Below, in pieces: positions 38,826-46,707 of a stretch of DNA of 64,000 nucleotides. A model generated the notes under the pieces. The model had not been told where the DNA came from. It did no database searches and was given only the letters and a program-made list of their open reading frames with translations. The stretch's first letter is position 1; every line of letters starts with the position of its first letter. The translations under genes and the position numbers were made by a program. This stretch comes from Pseudomonas phage PaBG. The DNA lies in the sequence record KF147891.1. The stretch is one strand, 5' to 3'.

Positions 38826-39518
38826 ATGCGTCAACTCCAAGTGTTTATGACTGCCGAGGCGCGTACCAAGGCAGAACAATTCTCCTACCAGAATATGGTA
38901 GGCGGGGAAATGCAATCGTTCGTGCATATGTTGCAGAAGCTGCACGAAACCGAAGTGCTCGACGGACATGGCACAGAGGCTACAAAGACTCTGCCGCGCC
39001 TCATGGAGATTTTCGAGCGCGCCCAAATTCAACCAGAAGATACTGCCGCTACCGCAGCAGGCAAACTCTGGGAACTCTACAGCAATCGACAAGCGATGAT
39101 CGAGGAGCGCGTTGCGTGCACCTTGCGCGACATCTTCCACAAGGCTGATCTGTCTCAGGTCACCTGCGTCGATCTGCCGAACACACAGAAGTTTCCGATC
39201 CAGGCGACGTTGCAAATGCGTCCGGGCTGGCAATTCTGTGTGGCTTATGATGCCCTGGGCGAGCTGAACTGTGGCGTCGGACAGTGGGTCGCGTTTAACT
39301 TGATGACCTCTCCGCATACCTGCAGCCGTGAAGTGCTGTTTGCTGTAAGTACACCCTACGGTCAGCTGGACTACAGCAAGGTCCACCAGCTCGCCCGTAA
39401 CTTCATCGAGGTGCTGCACAATGAAAATCGAGTTCAAGGTGATTCCGCCGGGACCACTGCACCAGCAGAAGTCCAACCTACCCAAGGGCAAACGCAACCG
39501 CTCCGGTGGAAAGACTAA
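38826..39518 (+). CDS. hypothetical protein
   Basis: AGAGGAGAA RBS before ATG 38826 (track start 38697 is upstream of the RBS). 230 aa. Confidence 0.5.
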   Translation: MRQLQVFMTAEARTKAEQFSYQNMVGGEMQSFVHMLQKLHETEVLDGHGTEATKTLPRLMEIFERAQIQPEDTAATAAGKLWELYSNRQAMIEERVACTLRDIFHKADLSQVTCVDLPNTQKFPIQATLQMRPGWQFCVAYDALGELNCGVGQWVAFNLMTSPHTCSREVLFAVSTPYGQLDYSKVHQLARNFIEVLHNENRVQGDSAGTTAPAEVQPTQGQTQPLRWKD

Positions 39519-39627
39519 AGTCTCTGCTAAGCTGGATGCGGTCAAGGCGCAGAAGCACTTGGCTGAAATGTTGAAGCGGGCCGCCAAACGTGCAGCTCAC
39601 GACAACTACAAAGAACTGGATCACTAA
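39421..39627 (+). CDS. small Lys/Arg-rich basic protein overlapping the 3' end of the upstream gene
   Basis: 68 aa, net charge strongly positive (KGKRNRSGGKTKVSAKLDAVKAQKHLAEMLKRAAKRAAH). 98-nt out-of-frame overlap, so either ORF could be mis-called. Confidence 0.35.
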   Translation: MKIEFKVIPPGPLHQQKSNLPKGKRNRSGGKTKVSAKLDAVKAQKHLAEMLKRAAKRAAHDNYKELDH

Positions 39628-39637
39628 GGAGACTACC

Positions 39638-39934
39638 ATGGGTGTCAGGGAAGTGTTGAAGAAGCTCGGCCAAATCCTGCTTGGTGCGATCCCTCTGTTG
39701 CTCGGCGTAGCGGCTGCTGTCGTTCTGCGGCGAACTCCAGATGATCCTGCAAAGCAACCAGCGCCGAAAGCTCCTGATATGGACAAGGCGGACGAAAACG
39801 TCGAGAAGCTGGAAGAAGCGCAGAAAGAACTTGATCAGCAACATCAGAAGATCGAGGACGTACTGACGCCAAAGCCAGAACCAAAGCCTTCCAAATCGCT
39901 GCAGGATGCGGTCGACAAGTGGAACAACGGCTAG
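39638..39934 (+). CDS. single-pass membrane protein with charged coiled-coil tail (antiholin/holin class II or i-spanin-like)
   Basis: AGGAGA RBS. TM 'ILLGAIPLLLGVAAAVVL' then 'LEEAQKELDQQHQKIEDVL'. Sits at the head of the lysis cassette. Confidence 0.45.
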   Translation: MGVREVLKKLGQILLGAIPLLLGVAAAVVLRRTPDDPAKQPAPKAPDMDKADENVEKLEEAQKELDQQHQKIEDVLTPKPEPKPSKSLQDAVDKWNNG

Positions 39935-39991
39935 TTTAGGGAGGCACTAGCACAATTGCCATGGAGGCACGACGAATATGGGAGTACCAAC

Positions 39992-40372
39992 ATGTTTATG
40001 GATGCAGTGAAAGAACTGCTCGGGGTGGAACCGCACCTGGCGCTGACGTACTTCATGTGCGTTGTCATTGGTGTAGCCCTGAACTGGGCAAAACGCTGCC
40101 GAGAGTTGAACATTAGCCTGATGCAGTATTGGACCGCGAACCCGATTCGCTCTCAGACTGCCATTATCGGCACTGTGTCCGCTTTCCTGTTCACGATTAT
40201 CACGGACCCGGAAAGTGGCAAACTCGCGTACATGGCAATCGGATTTGCCTGCGATAACCTGCTCAACAAAGCACCTGTAGGCGGTACCGCTGCCGACATC
40301 ATCGCTCGCCAAGACGCGGCGATCTTGGTACAAGAGCAAAAACTGAAGGAACTTCAACAAGGTAACGCATGA
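39992..40372 (+). CDS. holin-like protein (2-3 predicted TM segments)
   Basis: GGGAG RBS. Hydrophobic segments LALTYFMCVVIGVALNWA, TAIIGTVSAFLFTIIT and LAYMAIGFACDNLL. Charged C-terminus. Confidence 0.5.
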   Translation: MFMDAVKELLGVEPHLALTYFMCVVIGVALNWAKRCRELNISLMQYWTANPIRSQTAIIGTVSAFLFTIITDPESGKLAYMAIGFACDNLLNKAPVGGTAADIIARQDAAILVQEQKLKELQQGNA

Positions 40373-40839
40373 TGAAATTGATCGCGCTGTTTCTCTCGCT
40401 GGCTGTGTTGACCGGCTGCCAATCGAATCGCATCACAGTCGAACCCAGTGACCGCTATGCTGATCTGCGGCCAACTGAGGCTGTTCAGGCAACTGCGGCA
40501 CCGCTGCCTGAATCTCCGAAGTTTCGTATTGTCGAGGCTAACGGTGAGCAAGTTGCTGCCCTGAACAAGGAGGGTGTCGATAAGCTGACCGCTCTCCGTG
40601 ACGCTTCGCGGCAGAACGCGGAAGCGCTGGAACTGCTCCTGACAGCACACAACGGCCTGGTGCAGCAGCGCAACTTGATGCTGGAGAACTTGCGGCTTGA
40701 GGAACAGCGCGGCAATTTCTACGCTGAGCAGTACGCCATTTCGGAGAACGCTCGGCGTGAACAGTACGATGAGTTCCAAACGGAGCTTCTTATCCACAAG
40801 GCCATGATGGTTATCATGGGGATTGCGTTGGTGCTCTGA
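40369..40839 (+). CDS. unimolecular-spanin-like lipoprotein (lipobox + C-terminal TM)
   Basis: N-terminus MMKLIALFLSLAVLTGC (signal peptide + L-T-G-C lipobox), central coiled coil, C-terminal hydrophobic anchor AMMVIMGIALVL. Confidence 0.5.
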   Translation: MMKLIALFLSLAVLTGCQSNRITVEPSDRYADLRPTEAVQATAAPLPESPKFRIVEANGEQVAALNKEGVDKLTALRDASRQNAEALELLLTAHNGLVQQRNLMLENLRLEEQRGNFYAEQYAISENARREQYDEFQTELLIHKAMMVIMGIALVL

Positions 40840-41306
40840 TGGACGAGACTATCTGGATTAGCGAAAACTTCACCCTGTACGATGTGCAGTTCAATGAGAT
40901 TGCGCACCGTCAGGGTATTGCCAATACGATCACCGATGACGCGCTGATCGAGAATGCCAGAAAACTGGCCGACCTCGTCCTGGAGCCAATACTGGCAGAC
41001 TTCGGTCCTGTGTTTGTTACATCGTGGTATCGGTGTGAGAATCTGGAGCGCGAGTATCAGCGCAACACGTTTGCCCGTTGGTGCATCAAGAATCGCAAGC
41101 CCATTCGGGAAGATGTATGGCAGGAGTTTCTGGCGGACAAACAAGACCACACCAAAGCGCAGTGCGTAACCCTGCGCGCCAGAGACAACGACGCCCTGTT
41201 CGATTTCATCGGGAAGCTGCCTACGTTCGACGTGCTGGTGCACAAGACCCACTGGGTGAGCGTGTCGATAGGCGACTCCAATCAACGACGAATCATCCAC
41301 GAGTGA
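40839..41306 (+). CDS. endolysin candidate, peptidase M15 (VanY/YcbK)-like
   Basis: 'FTLYDVQF', 'VFVTSWYRCENLE' (cf. ItSGYRsp.lN) and C-terminal 'DVLVHKTHWVSVSI' (cf. fvHvDv) resemble Peptidase_M15_3/4. Position right after holin and spanin. Confidence 0.5.
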   Translation: MDETIWISENFTLYDVQFNEIAHRQGIANTITDDALIENARKLADLVLEPILADFGPVFVTSWYRCENLEREYQRNTFARWCIKNRKPIREDVWQEFLADKQDHTKAQCVTLRARDNDALFDFIGKLPTFDVLVHKTHWVSVSIGDSNQRRIIHE

Positions 41307-41310
41307 CGCC

Positions 41311-41631
41311 ATGCAGCCTGCAAACTACGCGCCGGTATACGCTTGCGTTTACGCCCAGTTGGCAGAAGTAACCCGCCAGCATGGGTATGCCTTGTCAATT
41401 CACGGCAGCTTGGCTGCTGATTTCGACCTGGTGTGTATCCCTTGGGTGCCAAAGGTGAGTGAACCCCAAGTCGTTGTTGACCACATCACCAGCACGTTCG
41501 CAATCGAACAGGTGACAGGCTTCGAGCGGAAGGAGCACGGCCGTATCGCAACGACCATCAGCTTCTCATTCGGTGAATGTCGGCTGGACCTGTCATTCAT
41601 GCCAATTGTCAAAGGAGAGCAGCCAGCATGA
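41311..41631 (+). CDS. hypothetical protein
   Basis: 106 aa, 4-nt gap after the endolysin-like gene. Confidence 0.45.
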   Translation: MQPANYAPVYACVYAQLAEVTRQHGYALSIHGSLAADFDLVCIPWVPKVSEPQVVVDHITSTFAIEQVTGFERKEHGRIATTISFSFGECRLDLSFMPIVKGEQPA

Positions 41632-42194
41632 TGCTCGCAATCGCCATGGGCTTGCCAAGTCGCTACGCGATTGGTCAGGAAGTTTACTTCCACCCAAACA
41701 TGTTCAAGATCACGCCGATGAATCTGCGCCTTGCGTTCATAGGCCGCATCGAAAAAGTCCAGTTCAGCGACTCCAAGGTGACGTATGATCTGGCGCTCCT
41801 GGTAGAAGAAGCCGATGCAGATGGTCACATTGAGCAGCGCTTCTACGACGCGATCACCGTCAAGGATGTGGACAGCACGTTCGTGTCCACGTATCAGGAC
41901 ATCTGCACGGAGCACGCCCGTACTCTGCGCCTGCAGACCGAAGAGGAAATTCGCCAGAATCCAGAATTGGGCAGCAAAGGCTACACCATGAAGGAGAAAC
42001 TGGCTAGACTGAAAGATCGGCGGCAGGGTGCTTGCTCTGTCGAAGAAGCTCAGCAGGTAGCCTCCGACATCAAAGAGGGCAGCGGTACGTTGCTCACAGA
42101 ACAAGAGGTAAGGGAGCGCGCTGCGGTTCGCTTCTACGACGGCCTCGAAACCCTTCGCATTCGATATAAGGAAGAGACTGATGGCTGTGCGTAA
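41628..42194 (+). CDS. hypothetical protein
   Basis: ATGA overlap with upstream stop. 188 aa. Confidence 0.45.
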   Translation: MMLAIAMGLPSRYAIGQEVYFHPNMFKITPMNLRLAFIGRIEKVQFSDSKVTYDLALLVEEADADGHIEQRFYDAITVKDVDSTFVSTYQDICTEHARTLRLQTEEEIRQNPELGSKGYTMKEKLARLKDRRQGACSVEEAQQVASDIKEGSGTLLTEQEVRERAAVRFYDGLETLRIRYKEETDGCA

Positions 42195-42906
42195 GCAAAG
42201 CGGCTGCGTGGTGTTTCGCTACGACCGCAACTTCGACTACGAAATCCTACTGGTGAAGTCCAGTGACGGTAAGGATTGGGTGTTCCCCAAGGGCGGCGTC
42301 GAGAAGCACTTGACGCCCAAGCAATCGGCAGCCAAAGAGGTGTATGAGGAAGCTGGTGTTGCTGGCCGCATCCTATCGACTCTCGGCAAGTACGAGTACC
42401 AGAAGCAAGGTAAAGATCAAAAAGTCACGATGTATGCGATGATGTATGAGCGCGACACCGATGACTGGCCGGAGAAGCATCTGCGCAAGCGGAAGTGGTT
42501 CAAGATCAAAGACGCCAAGAAGAAGCTTCCGAAACTGCTCAAGCCTTTCTTGGATGAGTTGAAGCAAGCCAACATGTTGGCGCTCAGCTCCAGCAATGTC
42601 ATGGATCAAGTTGGCCAGCACCTGCGAGAGTTGCCGGTGTTGGTCGACCACGCTGGTGAAGTCGAAGTGTCGCCTGATGAGTCTGTCCAAGTGGTTCTCG
42701 CTAACGGTGAGGATCGACTGACCATGCGCATTGAGGACTGGGGCCAGCACCCTCTTTCGCAGAAGATGACCATTCACTACGACTATGAGCACGAAGGACG
42801 TGAAGGCAAGCACTTCAAGCACACGTCGCTGCAAGGCGTAGCTGGTGATGTGGCAAGGATTGCAGGTCGTTTCCTCAGTGGACACCTAGCGATGCCCAAA
42901 GGGTGA
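42181..42906 (+). CDS. NUDIX hydrolase
   Basis: Nudix box 'GGVEKHLTPKQSAAKEVYEEAGV' (G-x5-E-x7-[RK]E-x2-EE-xG). AAGGAAGAG RBS. Confidence 0.8.
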   Translation: MAVRKQSGCVVFRYDRNFDYEILLVKSSDGKDWVFPKGGVEKHLTPKQSAAKEVYEEAGVAGRILSTLGKYEYQKQGKDQKVTMYAMMYERDTDDWPEKHLRKRKWFKIKDAKKKLPKLLKPFLDELKQANMLALSSSNVMDQVGQHLRELPVLVDHAGEVEVSPDESVQVVLANGEDRLTMRIEDWGQHPLSQKMTIHYDYEHEGREGKHFKHTSLQGVAGDVARIAGRFLSGHLAMPKG

Positions 42907-42909
42907 CCT

Positions 42910-43101
42910 ATGTCTGTCATGGGAAGACGCGATTCGCCAACTGCTAGTCCGTGTGTTGGCCGTTGCAGCCATTGTGTCGGCGATGCGATATGCAGAGGAT
43001 GTGGTAGGACACTCGAAGAAGTGCGCGATTGGAACTCCTACTCCGATGATGAGAAGATCGAAGTCAAGAAAGCATGTATGCAACGGAAACGGGAGCCCTA
43101 G
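42910..43101 (+). CDS. DUF1289-family small Cys-rich protein
   Basis: 'SPCVGRCSHCVGDAICRGCGRTLEEVRDW' matches the SPC.G.C...C.GC.R...E...W signature of DUF1289. Confidence 0.75.
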   Translation: MSVMGRRDSPTASPCVGRCSHCVGDAICRGCGRTLEEVRDWNSYSDDEKIEVKKACMQRKREP

Positions 43102-43120
43102 GGCTCCCGTTGTTGTTTCC
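43088..43120 (+). terminator. terminator of the rightward late operon (perfect 24-bp palindrome spanning the stop codon)
   Basis: AACGGGAGCCCT|AGGGCTCCCGTT centred on TAG 43099-43101, then GTTGTTTCC. Confidence 0.6.
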
Positions 43121-43124
43121 GCAC

Positions 43125-43150
43125 GCAAAAGAAAGGGAGCCGAAGCTCCC
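43125..43150 (-). terminator. rho-independent terminator of the leftward early unit
   Basis: On - strand: GGGAGC-UUCG-GCUCCC followed by UUUCUUUUGCG. Confidence 0.65.
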
Positions 43151-43276
43151 TGTCACCGCTATGGTGCCGACCATCTGGTCTTCCACTCTTTGACCCGAGT
43201 CGTGGTATCTCGGAGATAGCGGATCACCTCCTGCTGCAAGAGCAGAGAGACAACCTCTCTAGCCCGCAACGATAAA

Positions 43277-43549
43277 TTACAGAGTGATCGCCATAGCAAC
43301 TGACGTGGTGATTCCACGAGAACTCAGGCGAGTCTCGAATGCGCGCTTGGACAGCCGTGCTGCCATGAGCATCGTCTTGAACCTGCCATAGTAACTCACG
43401 GCGTTCCTTTTCTTGGCTTCTTCCATGGCCTTCTGGACGAAGTAGATGTACTTGGCGTGATCACGGATCGAATGGATGGCTTCGATCTTCTCCATGAGGT
43501 TGGACAACACCCGTCGATCTTCGCCTGTCATGACATGCGCTTTGTTCAC
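43277..43549 (-). CDS. hypothetical protein
   Basis: 90 aa, last gene of the leftward unit. Confidence 0.45.
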   Translation of the reverse strand: MNKAHVMTGEDRRVLSNLMEKIEAIHSIRDHAKYIYFVQKAMEEAKKRNAVSYYGRFKTMLMAARLSKRAFETRLSSRGITTSVAMAITL

Positions 43550-43637
43550 AGCAACTCTCCTAAGCAGTGGTTGCAGGTAAATTAGCGCCCAAATAGAAAG
43601 ACCCCGACAGCATTACCTGGTACGGGGCCTGTGTTAC

Positions 43638-43988
43638 TTACGCTGCGTAGTGGTCAAACACGGCTTGTTGGAATCCGGCTGTCAGCTCGCGCTTCACAGC
43701 ACGGCTCAGTTCAGACTCTCCGTGTGCCTGGAGGAGATACCAGAACCCTTTGCCCGGCAGGCCTTTATCTTGGCCGCTCTTGCGCACCACGATCGAGGTC
43801 AGTCTCGGCACTCGCTCGGCTTCGCACGCATGGAAGATTTCTCCCAAGATTGGCGAGAGCGTAGCGCCGAGAGCATTGCCGGAACTGGGCAGACCCAGCG
43901 CCAATGCAATCTCCTCATAAGTTGTGGTCTTCCCTAGGGTAGCCTTCGCTTCGAGGAAAAGTTTGACTGCTTTGGTTACGTTTGCCAT
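43638..43988 (-). CDS. hypothetical protein
   Basis: AGGAGAAAG RBS. 116 aa. Confidence 0.5.
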   Translation of the reverse strand: MANVTKAVKLFLEAKATLGKTTTYEEIALALGLPSSGNALGATLSPILGEIFHACEAERVPRLTSIVVRKSGQDKGLPGKGFWYLLQAHGESELSRAVKRELTAGFQQAVFDHYAA

Positions 43989-44001
43989 GTGGCTTTCTCC
44001 T

Positions 44002-44019
44002 GACCATCGTGTGATGGTC
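44002..44019 (-). promoter_or_regulatory. perfect 7-bp stem hairpin / palindromic site just upstream of RBS of 43638..43988
   Basis: GACCATC-GTGT-GATGGTC. Abuts the SD of the downstream gene. Confidence 0.4.
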
Positions 44020-44060
44020 TATAACACTGCCAGCGAAATTGCCAGCAGATTCGTTTGCGC

Positions 44061-44687
44061 TTAGCTGGCTGCGTCAGCCAACGTGCGCGGATTCAACGGC
44101 TTGCGGTTGTCTTCTACGGACACCAGATGTGCCGCATGTTGCAGCGAATTGCGGTGCTCGTAGCTGCTCAGGCTGCGGCGGATGTCTTCGAGCATCTGCA
44201 CCTGGCGCTCCAGTTGATCGAGCATGACTACGGCACACTGCGGCGTTGGAAGAGTGCTCTCCAACAGGAACATCGGATTCGCCTCCAGTTTGATGCCCTT
44301 GGTTTCGATCAGTGCTTTCAGATCGGCGATGCGCTTGTTCAACGCAGCCGCGCACTGCAACGCAATCTTCTGCGTGGTGCCGATCATGTACTGGAACGGC
44401 ATGCGCTCGGCTTCGAGCAGCGCTGCCAGTTCTTCCCAGGTGCGGGTGCCCAGTTCACTGTCCCGATCTTTCAGCACGTCCATCGTCCACAGAGCAACCA
44501 CGACCTCACTTTGCTCGGATAGCGTGCGGAAGAACATGCCGCTTGTGATGATCAGGTAGTTGGTGCCTTGGTGTGACTGGTACGGCCAACCCTGAATGTC
44601 CTTCCAGTCTTTGCTGGTCAGTGCTTCGCCCATTTCTCGGGTCAGCATGTACAGGTAGCCGAACTTCGCTTTATCACGCATTGCCAT
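44061..44687 (-). CDS. hypothetical protein
   Basis: 208 aa. Confidence 0.5.
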   Translation of the reverse strand: MAMRDKAKFGYLYMLTREMGEALTSKDWKDIQGWPYQSHQGTNYLIITSGMFFRTLSEQSEVVVALWTMDVLKDRDSELGTRTWEELAALLEAERMPFQYMIGTTQKIALQCAAALNKRIADLKALIETKGIKLEANPMFLLESTLPTPQCAVVMLDQLERQVQMLEDIRRSLSSYEHRNSLQHAAHLVSVEDNRKPLNPRTLADAAS

Positions 44688-45341
44688 TTACACTACTCCA
44701 TTCTTGTTGATGGCGAACCCTTCTCGTTCTGCCCATTTGTCTACAACTTCTTTTGCAGCGTGGTCCCAATTGGTCTTGCGGTCCTGCTTGAAGTCGTTCC
44801 AGACTTGCGAGCAGTCGGCCATCTTGGGGATGTTGCCATGCAGCGAATTACCATCCTCACGCAACTCATACAACACGTCTTCGGTGACGATACTGCGAGC
44901 GCAGTGCCGCTTCGTGCCCGGGTAGCCGTCAATGTACACCAAGTCCCAGAAGGCTGAGTTGGGAAACTGCACCCAGATCATATCCCCATCGCAGCGGACT
45001 CGCTCCGCCCACGCTAGGGCCGTCACCGAAGACTCGAGGCGAGTGAACTTCAAGCACTCATCCCACAGATCGGCACGGTGAGTGCGTGTGTAGTCATCGG
45101 CCTCAACAGTTGGCACGGGGTGTTCCGTACGGATGCTCAGATCGCTTCCCCGCCACGCATGTGCCAAATGATTGCGCACGCGCTCGATTTCCTGCAGTGA
45201 CTTACGGCGACCCGCGGGTTTTGGCGGCGGGATCGGATGCCACGTTCCGCTGGGTGTTTGACGCAGCGCGTGTTCGTACTCCAGCAGAAGCATCTGGTAG
45301 GCTAAGTGCTCCAGATGTTGAATCTCATGCGGTCGGTGCAT
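44688..45341 (-). CDS. hypothetical protein
   Basis: 217 aa, abuts neighbours. Confidence 0.5.
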   Translation of the reverse strand: MHRPHEIQHLEHLAYQMLLLEYEHALRQTPSGTWHPIPPPKPAGRRKSLQEIERVRNHLAHAWRGSDLSIRTEHPVPTVEADDYTRTHRADLWDECLKFTRLESSVTALAWAERVRCDGDMIWVQFPNSAFWDLVYIDGYPGTKRHCARSIVTEDVLYELREDGNSLHGNIPKMADCSQVWNDFKQDRKTNWDHAAKEVVDKWAEREGFAINKNGVV

Positions 45342-45840
45342 CTTCTGCCTCCAGATTGGCGAGCGCAGTGGTGATGTTGCCGTAGATGATCAGAGAACGC
45401 GCCAGCCGATACGCATACCGTGCGCGCTCATTCGGATGCACGGTGATCTTGCGCGTCTCCTGGAACTGATGCCATTGTGCGCTCAGCTTCCGTGACAGCG
45501 TTTCTTCGTCGTTCTGGCCGTCGAAGTTGAACGAGTGCAGCGCCCGCATTATGGCGAAGTGGGCCTCGCCGTTGTGTTTGTCCCGCAACATGCGCAGCTC
45601 GCCGCTTTTCTCATGCGGCATGGTACGGTACAAGCCGATTACGGCGTAGCACTGTCGATTGCCTTCAAACCACTGTGCGATAAACACGCCGCGAGTCCTG
45701 CTCTTGGACAGGTCAGGTTCGACTAGCCCGCTAAACCCAGGCCGTGCCGCGATGTCACGCAGCGCCTGAATTTGGTGCTCGGTAAAATTGAGCACGTCGT
45801 TGTCGATGAATGTGTTTCCGCTGAGTTGGACGTCGGTCAT
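45325..45840 (-). CDS. hypothetical protein
   Basis: 171 aa. Confidence 0.45.
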   Translation of the reverse strand: MTDVQLSGNTFIDNDVLNFTEHQIQALRDIAARPGFSGLVEPDLSKSRTRGVFIAQWFEGNRQCYAVIGLYRTMPHEKSGELRMLRDKHNGEAHFAIMRALHSFNFDGQNDEETLSRKLSAQWHQFQETRKITVHPNERARYAYRLARSLIIYGNITTALANLEAEDAPTA

Positions 45841-46133
45841 GTTCGTGTGTTCCGTGCGTGAGTTTCCAGATGCGGCAGGCCTAGTTCATCAGCGAGTTCG
45901 CGCTCTCTCGGCCACAGCCAGTTCGTATCCAGCATACCCCAATGCTCAAGTCGGTATTGCACATCTTCTCCGGCGCCGAACGTCGCAATCTTCACCGACA
46001 ACTTCTTTGCATGGTCTCGAATAACCCGAGTGATCGCTGGCTTGGGTAACGTAGTGGCCGCCATAAGTTCATTCAGTGTGTGATGCCCTTTTGCCAGTGC
46101 CATCAGCACATAGGCAGTGCGTTTCACGTTCAT
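45837..46133 (-). CDS. winged-helix DNA-binding protein
   Basis: 'HTLNELMAATTLPKPAITRVIRDHAKK' HTH-like segment. 98 aa. Confidence 0.45.
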   Translation of the reverse strand: MNVKRTAYVLMALAKGHHTLNELMAATTLPKPAITRVIRDHAKKLSVKIATFGAGEDVQYRLEHWGMLDTNWLWPRERELADELGLPHLETHARNTRT

Positions 46134-46136
46134 GGA

Positions 46137-46661
46137 TCACCAGTCAAAATGTTGTGGTCTCTTGTACGTACGGTATCCGCGTCTGCCGTTCTTGGTGTTG
46201 CGGTGCGTGTCCAGCTGCGGACCTATGTCGGTAAGCTCACCGAGTTTCCACTTGCCGGTGTACAAGCACAAGCACATGCCGATAAACTGCCACTTCGGAC
46301 CTACGCGGAAATCCTTTTGGTCTTCTTCTGCCTTATCGCAGGACAGTTTGTCACAGCCTGCGATCTTGTAATACTCGATGCCTTCCGTCTCGTGCAAGTC
46401 ACCCAAGTGAATTGCAACAAGATCGGTGCACATAAACATCGTGCGTCGAAATTCGTTGGCCACGCGGTTTGCGTAGCGTATCGCTCTGACTTCGTTCCCA
46501 TACCTACTGGACGACTCTATTGCTTTCGAGTACAGCGGAGGGAACGCACCGCCTGGGCGGCGAGCGTTGTGGAGAGTGCAAATACGCTCAACCAGTTCCC
46601 GCGAGCAGCCTGAGAACACAAAGGCACGCTTCGAGGAGTGGGACACTGCGTACACGGACAT
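46137..46661 (-). CDS. hypothetical Cys-rich protein
   Basis: GGGGAAGAG RBS. 174 aa. Confidence 0.45.
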   Translation of the reverse strand: MSVYAVSHSSKRAFVFSGCSRELVERICTLHNARRPGGAFPPLYSKAIESSSRYGNEVRAIRYANRVANEFRRTMFMCTDLVAIHLGDLHETEGIEYYKIAGCDKLSCDKAEEDQKDFRVGPKWQFIGMCLCLYTGKWKLGELTDIGPQLDTHRNTKNGRRGYRTYKRPQHFDW

Positions 46662-46678
46662 AACTCTTCCCCTATGGA

Positions 46679-46698
46679 AAGCGGCCCGAAGGCCGCTT
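46679..46698 (-). other. intergenic GC-rich 8-bp stem-loop with UUCG tetraloop (- strand RNA)
   Basis: AAGCGGCC-UUCG-GGCCGCUU between the SPFH gene stop and the next RBS. No U-tract follows. Confidence 0.5.
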
Positions 46699-46707
46699 GT
46701 GGATCGC

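Noticed and set aside
43550-43637. Possible - strand terminator hairpin (GGCCCCG ... CGGGG + UCUUUCUAUUU) between 43638..43988 and 43277..43549
   Set aside because: The stem is only 5 bp with a 16-nt loop. This is too weak to call, though the trailing U-rich tract is suggestive.
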